From positions 1-64,000 of IMG/VR virus record IMGVR_UViG_3300033143_008750: a stretch of DNA of 64,000 nucleotides; one strand, written 5' to 3'. The translations under genes and the position numbers were made by a program. A model generated the notes under the pieces. The model was not told the origin of the DNA. It did no database searches and saw nothing but the letters and a program-made list of their open reading frames with translations. Origin of the DNA: a virus. Shown here piece after piece: positions 17,665 through 28,383 of this stretch. Numbering within the stretch: position 1 is the first letter of the stretch; each line of letters begins with the position of its first letter.

Positions 17665-18246
17665 ATGAAGTATCAAAGAGGTGTAGCAGGTTGGGTATTT
17701 TTGGGCATAGTGTCAGCAATTGCATTTGTAATTATTGGCTCATATGTAACAAACGCCAACTATGGTAATCGTGCAGAGCGCGGTCTTGAAGCAGTAAAGG
17801 CCGACAACATGAACATTCGTTCAACTCACTCGCTCAAGATCATGGAACTTGCACAAATTCCAGCGATGTACAAGAATGATATTATTGAGATTTACACAGC
17901 AGCGATCAGTGCGCGCTACGGCGAAGAAGGTTCGCAGGCTATGTTTCAGTTCTTGAAGGAACAGAATCCTAATATCGACGCAAGCGTGTATAAAGCAATT
18001 CAGCAAGAGATTACTGCAGGTCGTAATGAGTTTAAGGTCGCACAGACTCGGCTCGTAGATCAGAAGCGTGTATACGTTACTAATCTCGGTTATGTCTGGA
18101 AGGGCTTTTGGCTTGAGCAAGCAGGTTATCCGATGTTGAATGTCGGCTTCCAAGGCGGATCAGATGATTTCGGAGTTGTCCTCAGTGGCGACACGAATGA
18201 AATCTTTGAATCTGGCATCGACAAGCCTCTCGTACTTAGTCAGTAA
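17665..18246 (+). CDS. LemA-like membrane-anchored helical protein (probable partner of 16248..17354)
   Basis: N-terminal TM; FLKEQNPNID..Y..IQQEI.AGRNEF. Confidence 0.65.
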   Translation: MKYQRGVAGWVFLGIVSAIAFVIIGSYVTNANYGNRAERGLEAVKADNMNIRSTHSLKIMELAQIPAMYKNDIIEIYTAAISARYGEEGSQAMFQFLKEQNPNIDASVYKAIQQEITAGRNEFKVAQTRLVDQKRVYVTNLGYVWKGFWLEQAGYPMLNVGFQGGSDDFGVVLSGDTNEIFESGIDKPLVLSQ

Positions 18247-18247
18247 A

Positions 18248-18598
18248 ATGATCTGGAACCCAATCAAAAATCGTAGGCTTCGCAGGGACTGGCGTCTTGT
18301 CGGTACCCTCGAAGCCATTTACACATGGACAGATTTGGACAATGAAAAAGATACAGCATACTATTATCTAAAAGAGAATGGTATGGGTGAAAGAAAATGC
18401 ATACACGACGGAACTGGTAATCTTGGCAAAGATGGACGAAATTCACCGGCCTGGGCGGAACGTAAACGAGTATCACATCCGATATATTTAGAGAAAATTC
18501 GTCCTTGGCTTGAAGGTAGATACGATCCCGATATTCCAAGTTATGAATCAATCAAAGCAAAAGAATTCAAAGATAAACTTGCAGGAAAAATTACATGA
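18248..18598 (+). CDS. 'YLxENxxGERK...PWLxG' paralogue family member
   Basis: Similar to the 30129, 30482 and 30829 ORFs; ends EFKDKLAGKIT. Confidence 0.8.
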   Translation: MIWNPIKNRRLRRDWRLVGTLEAIYTWTDLDNEKDTAYYYLKENGMGERKCIHDGTGNLGKDGRNSPAWAERKRVSHPIYLEKIRPWLEGRYDPDIPSYESIKAKEFKDKLAGKIT

Positions 18599-19789
18599 CT
18601 ATTATGACTGTAATATGTGATCCAACAGAATTTATCCGCGTGATTGGTGCTTTCGATCAGCCGTCTGTAAATAAGTATATCGGCAAGGTTGGAAGGACAA
18701 TGTCTCACGGCAAGAATAAGAGAGATTCCGAAGAACTATTTTTTGTTCGGATGCACGGTGAAACAGACCTCAAAGTATTTGCTATTAAACAAGTTGAATT
18801 CATCACTGAAAAAGAATACTTCAAAGGATGTCTTCGTGGTCGGACTTAATAAAAATCGAATTTCGCTCGGCGATATTGTATTCGTAAACATGAATAATGT
18901 CATGGATAATAACTTTGTAGGCAAAGCAGTAAGAATGCATGAAGGAACTAAAGTACGAGTCAATAAAGCAGATAATTTTGGTCGAATCGTATACATAAAT
19001 CGTTGCAGTCATGCTAACGAAACACAGAGAAAACAGTACTTCAAGGATTGTCTTCGTGGATAAACAAATAAAAGTTGGTGATCTTGTACGAGTAAATTCA
19101 CCTGATGCTAGTTGCAACTTTTTAGGTTACGGCAAAGTACTTAAGTTAAGTGGCCGAGAAGCAAGAATTAAAATTTTTGGGTTTTTTCAAACGTTACCAT
19201 TCTTTATAGATGAATTAGAACCTACTACAGAAAAAGAACAGAAGCGTTATTTCATGGACCGCCTTCGTGGATGATGATTTCTTGAAACTACATCCGTCAA
19301 TTAGTGTAGGAAGTATCGTTTCTATACGAAGTGCAGACTCCAAAAATATTCCAGGATATATAGGAATTGTAGTAGAAACTAATGTCTGGGAGCCAGGTGG
19401 AAGACGAATCTACATTCCAGGAATAGGAGAGGTTGAAACTGGCCTTGATAAATGCTATAATGCTACAGAAGCAGAACGTAAAGAATACTTCAAAAATGTA
19501 CTAAAATATGAATAACAAACTTCCAAAAGTTCCATTCCAATTTACTCGCCCTGAGGAAATTATCCGCGTTGGCGATCATGTAAGAATTGTAAATTATCTT
19601 GAGGATAGTAAACCTGTCGGCATCGTTGAAAGAAGGAATGGCGGCTACATTTATGTGAATGTCAATCTAGATAATCAAGAGCGCCACCAGTATAAAGGCC
19701 ACTATGAAGTATATGAAAATGAGATCGAAAAGATTACTGAACAAGAATATTTCAAGCTACTTTTAGCAGGTGCAAATGACAGTGACTAA
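18595..19789 (+). other. Array of five coupled small SH3/KOW-like genes (18595..18849, 18836..19063, 19056..19274, 19267..19515, 19508..19789)
   Basis: Most have GDxVxV...G-x-V beta patterns; all end in YFxxxL(xG); starts overlap the preceding genes. Confidence 0.75.
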
Positions 19790-19992
19790 GTGGATACTAA
19801 TATTGAAGCTTCTAGGCCAAGATCACGAAACTGGTGAAATAGATTGGCATGAAGCTGTAAGGGTTGAGAACTTATCATTTCAGACTTGCATTGACGAATT
19901 AGTAACGATGGTCAACATATTTCAGATGGAAGGCATAGAGCATGACGTATACTGCAAAGAAATGCCCGAAGAAACAACGGAAAAAGAAACGG

Positions 19993-20021
19993 TTGATAAA
20001 TAACTGTAGTTAATGTATAAT
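19993..20021 (+). promoter_or_regulatory. sigma70-type promoter for the tmRNA gene
   Basis: TTGATA-17 nt-TATAAT. Confidence 0.7.
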
Positions 20022-20027
20022 AATGAA

Positions 20028-20390
20028 ATAGTTGTGTGATAGTGTGTTAGTAGGCTGGGACGGACGCGGCTTCGAAGCCGCCATCTCCACCAATTTCGAA
20101 AGCACTCTCGTAAATCGCAGCAATCTCAGACGGCGCCAAAACGCTATCTTAAGCATAATCTAAGTATGTGGGACCTGTGGGGAGAGTGTTACTTCGGGGA
20201 TGAATTGGAATCGACGTACGGATCGGAAGCACAAAGGACAACTCGCTTGGCAACGTAATTGCTAACTAAAGCAATCGGAAACGAAAACTTTGAAATCATC
20301 GGCATGAGAGAAGCTTCGGCTTCTTTCGCGTAATCTAAACAATTACACCGATCGAGCTATAAGCCAGCTTGTAACCAAATGAGCTAGGAA
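20028..20390 (+). ncRNA. ssrA: Circularly permuted (two-piece) tmRNA
   Basis: The 3' half GGACGCGGCTTCGAAGCCGC-CATCTCC-A-CCA (ends 20092) lies upstream of the 5' half GGGGATG-AATTGGAATCGAC (starts 20196); the acceptor stem has the G3.U70 Ala determinant; tag frame 20277-20333 reads GNENFEIIGMREASASFA*; outer ends approximate. Confidence 0.9.
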
Positions 20391-20440
20391 AGGGGCATCG
20401 ACGTAGCTGAAAACTCTACGTTCGCCCCTTTCTGCTTTTA
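20389..20440 (+). terminator. Terminator-like hairpin after the tmRNA
   Basis: AAAGGGGC...GCCCCTTT stem followed by a T-rich tract. Confidence 0.65.
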
Positions 20441-20456
20441 TACGATAAATACATGT

Positions 20457-20876
20457 ATGAGATTAGACGAAATCACAAGAACAAACGGTGCAGTCGATAG
20501 GAAGCTTCCTGGGCTATATAATGCTCAAGTTGGCGACATTATCGAAATTGGCTTCGAAGGTTCTAGAATCAAACACAAAGCTAAAATCGCAAAAGTCGTA
20601 GGAAACGATAGATTAGTTGATGCTGACGGCAACATATTTAATCGTAGCGGAATAGTATTTCGTCGCAAATCATATCCCCTAACATCATTTCGTGGCAAGA
20701 TCATATCTGCAAAACAAATGACACAGAAAGCACTAGACAATGACCACGAAGATCGTAAAGTTGATTACTTGAAACGCAATAATTGGGAGAATGTTGATCC
20801 AGAAACAAGAGATAAAATCTTGTCTCTATTACGTGTGTCTTTCACTTCTATGCAAGGCATGAAAGATTACAAATGA
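20457..20876 (+). CDS. Late protein with MRLxEI N-terminus (possible virion-internal protein)
   Basis: GATAAATA at 20444-20451 just upstream; shares the N-terminal pattern of the next gene. Confidence 0.65.
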   Translation: MRLDEITRTNGAVDRKLPGLYNAQVGDIIEIGFEGSRIKHKAKIAKVVGNDRLVDADGNIFNRSGIVFRRKSYPLTSFRGKIISAKQMTQKALDNDHEDRKVDYLKRNNWENVDPETRDKILSLLRVSFTSMQGMKDYK

Positions 20877-21712
20877 GACTTCACGAATTAGTAGAACATA
20901 CCTTTCCTAAGATTAAAACACATGATCGCAAAGGTGCGCACTTGCCTGACTTGTATAACTATGATGATGAAGAGGCATACATAGGTCCAAATGATAATCC
21001 TCCTGGTTCAGGCAATCCTAATCTAGACAATCCTGATATAGATACACTCGGCACTGGCGCATTCGCTACTGCGTATCGACATAAAGATACTCCGCATGAT
21101 GTTACGAAAGGTTCAAAAGCACAATCTGAACCCGATGGCTGGCAGGTACTATTTACTGCATTATCTAAAGATGAAGATGCACAAGCAAATCCATACTTTC
21201 CCCGCTTTCGCAGTATCAACACATTCAAACAGAATGATGATTATGCAGTCGATCCTAAGCAATCATACGTAGTCAAAGTAGAAGCACTTGAGCCATATGC
21301 AAATCTATCAGACAAAGAACGTGAAATGCTAGTCAACAAAATATTCGAAGAAACGGGCGAAGATATAATTAATCATTATTGGGAAGAAGAAACCCGTGAT
21401 CGTTGGAATCCCCGCGGCCAGCCACAGAGCTTCCCAGGGCAAAAGTTTGCATGGGCGATTCGTGCTTGTCTAGAAGGAGACACATGGCAAGATGAATTAC
21501 GCTGGGCAATTCAAGACAAGAAATTTCTACAAGCAATTGAATTTCTACAAAAGACTGCTAAAGAATCAAACTACGAATTTGACCTACATCGAGAAAACAT
21601 GATGATTCGTAGGACATCAGTTGGTGTACAGCTAGTACTCAACGATCCACTAGGATTCAGTACCGACGCCAAGCAAAAACAAGAAGTCGAAGGCCATCCT
21701 GATTGGGAATAA
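20873..21712 (+). CDS. Protein kinase-like protein (Ser/Thr kinase fold)
   Basis: LGTGAFATAY Gly-loop, VTK lysine, DLHRENMM catalytic loop, LVLNDP metal-binding motif. Confidence 0.8.
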   Translation: MRLHELVEHTFPKIKTHDRKGAHLPDLYNYDDEEAYIGPNDNPPGSGNPNLDNPDIDTLGTGAFATAYRHKDTPHDVTKGSKAQSEPDGWQVLFTALSKDEDAQANPYFPRFRSINTFKQNDDYAVDPKQSYVVKVEALEPYANLSDKEREMLVNKIFEETGEDIINHYWEEETRDRWNPRGQPQSFPGQKFAWAIRACLEGDTWQDELRWAIQDKKFLQAIEFLQKTAKESNYEFDLHRENMMIRRTSVGVQLVLNDPLGFSTDAKQKQEVEGHPDWE

Positions 21713-22310
21713 AGCTTGACAAGTACCACTTTATCGTGTACAATGAGGCATGGAATACAAGATCAGGCAATTAGACTGGTTCAAGCGCAGAGAGCCTACT
21801 AAAATCCCACAGCCTGTAAAAGTGGAAATCGACAATATTGAACTTGAGAAGAATTCTTACTGTGATATGACAGTAGAATACGATGATGGTGAGGTATTTG
21901 TCTTCGATGGTCGGGTACAGTATAACGACATCAAAGACACATGGACTGTTCATGGATTTTCTAGTGACAGCGGACGACAGTGTTTTGTGGATATAGTAGA
22001 ATGAAATACGAAACAGCAGAAGAAAAATTTGAACGTAAACTCAAGTACGGCAAAGACGAATGGGTACCGCAGCCTTGCAACATGCAAGAAGGTCAGCCTT
22101 GCCCTTATGGATGTATCATAAACAAACGTGTAGCCCCGCCAGTGTATTACAGTCTATCAGGTGATTGTCGCTGTCCTTCAGCAGATGATTGCTGCATGAA
22201 TTTGCAATTCGACAACGAGTATTACAGAACTAGAGAAATAGAAAAGGCAAAATATACGTAAAAATTCCCTCCAAAACAGGTAAATACTACTATAACAGAG
22301 GAGAATAATA

Positions 22311-22478
22311 ATGTTTGATTTTATTGCATTTACATTACGAGAAGGATTATTTATGCTCGGTGGTGCTTTCATCGCTTGGAACGTTCCCCGTCCACAATGG
22401 GCAAAGGATCTGCAGGCGTGGGTAGTTCTTAAGTATAGTGAAATTTCAGCTAAGATAAAAGCTAAGTTCGCTAAATAA
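22311..22478 (+). CDS. Small late membrane protein
   Basis: Read by hand (55 aa): hydrophobic N-half, WNVPRPQWAK; GAGGAG RBS; GTAAATA box upstream. Confidence 0.65.
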   Translation: MFDFIAFTLREGLFMLGGAFIAWNVPRPQWAKDLQAWVVLKYSEISAKIKAKFAK

Positions 22479-23243
22479 TTCCACTATTTTATGGTCAAGA
22501 TTTCCAGTTAAATCTGTCTGTCATAAAGAAACAGGAAGTTTCGAAAAATATCAGGGACAAGGATGTTCCTGTATTTGCCTGTAAAACTTGACTTTTCACT
22601 AATGAAACTATATAATACACGTATGAATACTATTAATGAATTAGAACCAATCTCACCTGAGAAATTACTAGCAGATTTTTCCGATTATACTATTGCAGAG
22701 TTAGTTATGGAAATTAAAGAACTGCGCAATAAGTTAGAACAAGAAAAGAAAATTACCACGGCTAAAGAATTTAGGCTTCAAAAGACATTAGTAGAGTTAG
22801 AAGAATTAACAACTCGTATAAATACTGCTAGAGCTAACTTACGTGGTGATGTAAAAACACCAGAGGAAACTTAATAGTGCATTTTTGTCCAGAAGAATTT
22901 AGATTGCTGATGATCTTAGTAGATTATGTGGTCAACACGTATCACTATTGGGTCTGTGGTTTCAAGGTTCGGTTTCTTAATGAAGATAAGCATGACATAA
23001 GCGATCACTACTCGGATAACGAATGAGCGGAATTTGTAGTGCGCACCATCCGAGCCTTGGACCCGTAGAAGGCTGTGATCTATGTCATTCAACTATTGAA
23101 GATTTACTCGGCGAAAGTACAGTTGCAATTATGCGAGCCGAAGCAGAAGCAGCAGGTCTATTCACATGTGATTGTGGCTTTGAATATTACAAAACAGTAG
23201 ATGCCTGCCCACTTTGTGATAAAGAACGCAAAATTATACTCCC

Positions 23244-23579
23244 ATGAATACAGCCCCGATAATATTCACTGATTCAGCAGCAGAGAAAGTCCTTTCTCTA
23301 CTCCAAGACGAAGAAAATCCAAACATGATGCTCCGCGTATTTGTTCAAGGTGGCGGCTGTTCTGGATTCTCATACGGATTCGCATTCGAAGAAAAAATTG
23401 AAGACGGAGACCTGACTGTAGAGAACAGAGGTGTGACTCTGATTGTTGATCCTATGAGTGTGCAATATCTGATCGACGCCGAAATTGACTACACTGAAAC
23501 CCTTGCTGTATCTCAATTCGTGATCCGAAATCCCAATGCTTCTACAACTTGTGGATGTGGCTCATCGTTCGCCGCTTAA
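23244..23579 (+). CDS. erpA: Iron-sulfur cluster insertion protein, ErpA/IscA (HesB) family
   Basis: [17 protein letters not shown]...IDY...[14 protein letters not shown]. Confidence 0.93.
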   Translation: MNTAPIIFTDSAAEKVLSLLQDEENPNMMLRVFVQGGGCSGFSYGFAFEEKIEDGDLTVENRGVTLIVDPMSVQYLIDAEIDYTETLAVSQFVIRNPNASTTCGCGSSFAA

Positions 23580-23691
23580 GGCCAATATACCACTTAAAAC
23601 TCAACAATCGTCACAGAGCCCCTCAGACGGTCTGACAGCGCCTCAGAAACTAGTGTTCTTACGGTCCCGTAATCGGTAACGGACTCAATAA

Positions 23692-23791
23692 AATCAATGA
23701 CTTATAAGTTGTTGTAAAATAAAGAGATTCAGGTATTGACTTTATTCCACTATTTACGTATAATTGTGTTTGAGAATTAGGAAAATCCCAC
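23692..23791 (+). promoter_or_regulatory. Early promoter cassette with IHF-consensus site
   Basis: AATCAATGACTTA (23692-23704); TTGACT-17-TATAAT; leader TTGAGAATTAGGAAAA. Confidence 0.8.
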
Positions 23792-24970
23792 ATGAGAACA
23801 TACATAGTCGGTGGCGCAGTTAGAGACTTTCTGCTCGGCAAGCCTGTCAAGGACTTCGATTATGTAGTCACAGGTGCTACGCCACAGGACATGCTCGACC
23901 AAGGTTTCACACAGGTCGGCGCTGACTTCCCCGTTTTCCTTCATCCTGATACCAAAGACGAGTATGCACTTGCGCGAACTGAGCGCAAGACTGCTGCTGG
24001 ATATCACGGTTTCGAGGTTAACTTCGATCCCACTGTTACCATAGAGGACGATCTGTCCCGCAGAGACCTGACTATAAACGCTATGGCAGTTGCAGTCGAG
24101 GATTGGGAGACTTACAAGTTTACTCTAGATCATCAACTCCTTGTTGATCCGTATGATGGCTTCACTGATCTGAACCGTCGAAGGCTGCATGTTGTTGGTA
24201 AGGATTTCGATACGTACAGTGAGCAAGAGAATCAGACGTTTCATACTGCATTCGGAGAGGATCCAGTTCGGATACTGCGTACTGCACGATTCCAGGCACG
24301 ATACGGCTTTGCACAATCTCGCGAGACCACTGTCGCTATAATGGAGATGGTTAAGAACGGAGAGGTTGACGCACTAGTTCCTGAGAGGGTTTGGACTGAG
24401 ACTGTTAAGGCGATAGCAGAGGATCGTGATCCGCTTGACTTTTTCTTCTTCCTAGACTTCCATGATTGCAAAAAGAAGCTGTTTAAGCAACTGAATCTGA
24501 CTGATGCACTGATATACCATTTTGATAACGTTCGATACATGAACGCGAAGCAAAGAATGGCGCTGCTGACTGTTGGTTTCAAGAACGTCGATCAAGTTGG
24601 TGCTTTCTTCGATAAGCTGAAGGCTCCGACTGACTTCAAGAGACTCGCACAGGCTGTTCACAGACTTGCGAAGCTTGCTAACATGCCTCAGAAGGATTGG
24701 ACTGCTGAGACTATAGTTGATACGCTGGCACTGGTTCACGCAGACGATCTTGATTCTGCTACGTCAACCGTTATGGGTATGCATGAGGATTACGTTAGCG
24801 ACGGTTTTGAGGATCGAGCTACTTTCTCTGGCTACATGTTTGCTATACTTGGCGACATAGGTTTCAAAAACCTGACGCTAGATCAGCAAGCTACGCTGAA
24901 AGGCAAGGCGATAGGTGATGCGCTGCGCGACATAAAGGTTGCTACGACGGGAGCAATGCTAGATGCTTAA
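23792..24970 (+). CDS. cca: tRNA nucleotidyltransferase (CCA-adding enzyme, class II)
   Basis: [46 protein letters not shown] and PERVW.E motifs. Confidence 0.94.
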   Translation: MRTYIVGGAVRDFLLGKPVKDFDYVVTGATPQDMLDQGFTQVGADFPVFLHPDTKDEYALARTERKTAAGYHGFEVNFDPTVTIEDDLSRRDLTINAMAVAVEDWETYKFTLDHQLLVDPYDGFTDLNRRRLHVVGKDFDTYSEQENQTFHTAFGEDPVRILRTARFQARYGFAQSRETTVAIMEMVKNGEVDALVPERVWTETVKAIAEDRDPLDFFFFLDFHDCKKKLFKQLNLTDALIYHFDNVRYMNAKQRMALLTVGFKNVDQVGAFFDKLKAPTDFKRLAQAVHRLAKLANMPQKDWTAETIVDTLALVHADDLDSATSTVMGMHEDYVSDGFEDRATFSGYMFAILGDIGFKNLTLDQQATLKGKAIGDALRDIKVATTGAMLDA

Positions 24971-26355
24971 AGACGCGCTATTGAAAGTAAGAAAAGGCTA
25001 TACGCCTAAGGATCTTTTTAAGCTAAAGCTTACTGGCGAAGCTGTTAACGTTTTGCGAGAGACACTAGCAAGAGAGTTAGATAGCTGGCTAATGGAACGT
25101 GAAATTTTTGAACCTGTTGATTTTGATAATGCATATAGCACAGGCAAATGGATTTCATTAGGTAAAGGTGGAGCTACATATCGCTGTTTATATCCTGTAC
25201 GCATTTGGCACGTAAATGGCAGAGGTGGAAACGAACAAATAAATGTAGACCACATGAAGCCAGGCGACATTTGGGGATTCTGATGAAAGAACTAATATTT
25301 AATCTTGTGAATGGAGTACGTAGCGGAATTCCGCTGTGTTGCAATCTGTTCTTTTCGCATAATGCACTTACGCCTGGGCCAGTCGGAAAAAGAGTATACG
25401 AACAGCGCACAGGAAAAGAATTCGATGTATTCGCTTGTGACGATGATGAAGCACATTACGTCCAATGTAATCGTTGTTGGGTGAAAAGAGAGTGAAAGAG
25501 ATTCGCAAAAACGGAGTTATTCTGAAATTTTTGATACTGGAAGACTAATGGCCGCTGAACACTACAGACCAAAGATTGGAGTTAAGAAAGCTGGTTACTA
25601 TCAGGGCTACTACTGTGGCCGCTGCGGAGCGCCTGGACTTGCAATGCAAGGTAATCGTAAACACGGAAGCGGCGTGTGTCTTGCTAACCCTCTGATGGTT
25701 AAAAAGTTGCAGGAAGCTAACACAGTCGAAGCAGAAACAAAACGACAGTTCATTCTCGGCCTTCAAAAAGGAAAAGGAGATCACAATTCTCCTAGACGTT
25801 ACTAATGAGAAAAGTAAAACCTGTTGTTACAAAGAAATACGTATTCGCTCGTAGACTCGACGGCAAACCTATTGTCTTAGATTTCTTCGATAGTGACATG
25901 CGCAAAGAGAAATTCACAGTAACTCGCCAACTCTTATTTGATCTTCGTGTACACGAATGGTTACATGATGAACCTGGTTATTCTTGGGTGTCGAATCACG
26001 AAATTCATTGTATCTTGCCGCGCGACCATGAACCATATACAATGGTGATTGCAGCAGGTACGAAATTCGAATCTAAAGACTAATGAAAATACTGACTGAA
26101 AAATATATTTTTGAATGCAAACTCAAAGGCAAGCCTGTTATGATTCACACTGGTTCGCTATATCACAAAGACATTCTAAAAATGTTAGTCAAAACGGGCA
26201 TATGGAAAAAGGATCCGATCTTCACTGATAAATTTTGGCGTGAATATTCATTTACTATCCTGTATCCGATTCGGTTGACTGATGAAGATTTGGACAAGCT
26301 GCCGACAGACTGGATATATTTAGGCATTGGCGATCATCACACAGTCTGCTTATAA
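24963..26355 (+). other. Run of small hypothetical genes (24963..25283, ~25283..25495, 25548..25805, 25805..26083, 26083..26355)
   Basis: Coupled ORFs; three begin with the FxxxLxG motif (KDLFKLKLTGE, KYVFARRLDGK, KYIFECKLKGK). Confidence 0.7.
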
Positions 26356-26368
26356 CGGAAATGGTTGG

Positions 26369-26518
26369 TAAGTCATTGATTTATATAGGATTGTAAGTTA
26401 TTGATTTTTAGTAAGAGGTGGAAAAAGTTGTAAGTCGTTGATATCCTTATGGTTATAAGGTTGACAATGCCGCTTTCCACCTGTATAATTTACTTAAGAA
26501 TTAGGAAAAGGACAAATT
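26369..26518 (+). promoter_or_regulatory. Early promoter cassette with three IHF-consensus sites
   Basis: YAANNNNTTGATW at 26369, 26394 and 26431; TTGACA 26461-17-TATAAT 26484; leader TTAAGAATTAGGAAAAGG. Confidence 0.82.
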
Positions 26519-27004
26519 ATGAGTGACTACATCGTAACAAAGCTAATTTCTCGCAACATGCATAATGTATCTGGTAAGATGCGCCTGTTGCAAATGGAAC
26601 GCGGCAGAAAGTTAGGTGGACACAACATTACTGGTACGGCATACAGTGGTTGGATCGACGGTGTCTACTGCGAAATCACACATGTAGTTACGCGACACAT
26701 GGGCGACTTCATTAAGTTGCATGTTGCTCGTAACGACTTTCCGAGCATGGCAGCACTTGTTCGTCACTATCGCGCAGTCAAGCAGGAATTGGTGTAATGG
26801 GAATTCGTGAACTTCAAGCACAGAAAGCAGAAGCCCTCGAAATGTATCACGAGGAATGCGCACGTATCGACGCAGAGATTGACGCGATTCGTAAAGCGCG
26901 CGGAACCAAATTGAAAGTGTATACGCCAACTGCGAACGATGCTAAACTAATGAATATCGCTGATGGTCGCACTCGTCAACTGAACCCGCACGGAGAATAA
27001 CAGA

Positions 27005-27412
27005 ATGAGTTATGCACTTCCTCAAGTTGGCGACATTATCACTGTCAAGACATATTACAAGAGTCACGTAATTGGTCGGACAGAAGAGGATGACACGACA
27101 ACGTATGAAAAAGTCTGCGTAGCTCCGAGCTTTGCTTGGACGAAGACTAACGCATTCTGCATCCCCGCTGAAGGTGAACCTTACATCACAAAGCGCACAA
27201 TCTCATTGAACTCAGTCGTTGATCTGATCGTTCACAAAGGTAGTGACGCTGAAGGCTGCACAAGCGGTACGAAGTTTGTAAAAGTCCCAGGTAGCAAGGG
27301 TAACGAATATATGGTCACAGTAGTCGATGGATTCGGCACAGAATGCGAATGTCTCGGTTTTCACTATGGCAAGAATTGTAAACATTTGAAAATTGCACAG
27401 GAAGCAGCATAA
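27005..27412 (+). CDS. SWIM-type zinc-finger protein
   Basis: V.GSKGNEY.V...CECLGF.....CKHL. Confidence 0.8.
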   Translation: MSYALPQVGDIITVKTYYKSHVIGRTEEDDTTTYEKVCVAPSFAWTKTNAFCIPAEGEPYITKRTISLNSVVDLIVHKGSDAEGCTSGTKFVKVPGSKGNEYMVTVVDGFGTECECLGFHYGKNCKHLKIAQEAA

Positions 27413-28383
27413 TGAGTAATTCCATGTACAGGACAGGATTTGTATTCAGCGATATTTCTCAAGGTCATCGCGTCGATACTCGCGTAGCAACGGGTGTACG
27501 CAAAACGACCGTTGGGCTTCCTGATGAAAAGAACGGGTTTATTCGAATCAACAAGAATACTCCGTGGAATCATCAGCGCGACAACTTTGAAGACATCCAA
27601 GAAGTCCTAGCCCGTCACGGAAAGAGTTTGACGCGAGTTTCGATGTACACTGATACAGACGGAATTCCTAGCTATCAGGACATTAGCGGACGACGCGCAG
27701 GAAGGAAAGTCAATCTGACTTCGTTTGTTGCACTCTGCACTGATACGCTGGTGTGGCAAAAGTACGAAGGTCGCTGCGCTGGCGGTGGTCAGAATACTAT
27801 TTACGTTGGTGGGGAGAAAATGAAACTCACTACGTTCCTTGAACTGCCGTATTCGGCACAAGACAAGCTTATTCGTGCATCTGGAGATACGAAATGAATT
27901 TTGAATTTGAACTTCGCAGTCCTGTACAAACTACGATTATCGAAGCTGATATTGACCGAATTGTTCGAGGACACATTGAAGCAAGTGATCCGCGTGACGC
28001 AGCAGAGAAGATCGTGAGCGCATGTCGCCCTGATCTTGACGATGGATTCGATTCTCTTACTCCTGACTTTACAATCGAACGCAACCGAGACGGATCGTTC
28101 AGAGTCGAAGTTGACACTCACGGTCTAGTTGATGCGACTATTGAACTTGAGGTAATAGCATAATGTACTCACTTGCACAGAAACGAATGATGGCTAAAGT
28201 GGCCGGCGAGACAGAAGTAGTTCTCACGATGGAAGAAGTCGAGTACGAACTTGAAAAGTCTCGGGCACTGGATCAACAAATCGTCAAGTACATGGAATAC
28301 GTACCTGAGGATATTCTGAAGGCTGAGGCTGATGAAATGTTTGCTGATTACGCAGACGGCGAAGGCCCCTACGGAGATCGCTA

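Noticed and set aside
20057-20092. Truncated tRNA pseudogene ending in CCA
   Set aside because: Its complementary acceptor strand and a tag reading frame lie downstream, which identifies it as part of a permuted tmRNA.
26369-26443. CRISPR-like or iteron repeats (TAAGTnnTTGAT)
   Set aside because: The units are only 13 nt, degenerate in the middle, irregularly spaced and in both orientations at other loci. They fit IHF consensus sites. No CRISPR array or cas gene was seen in the window.
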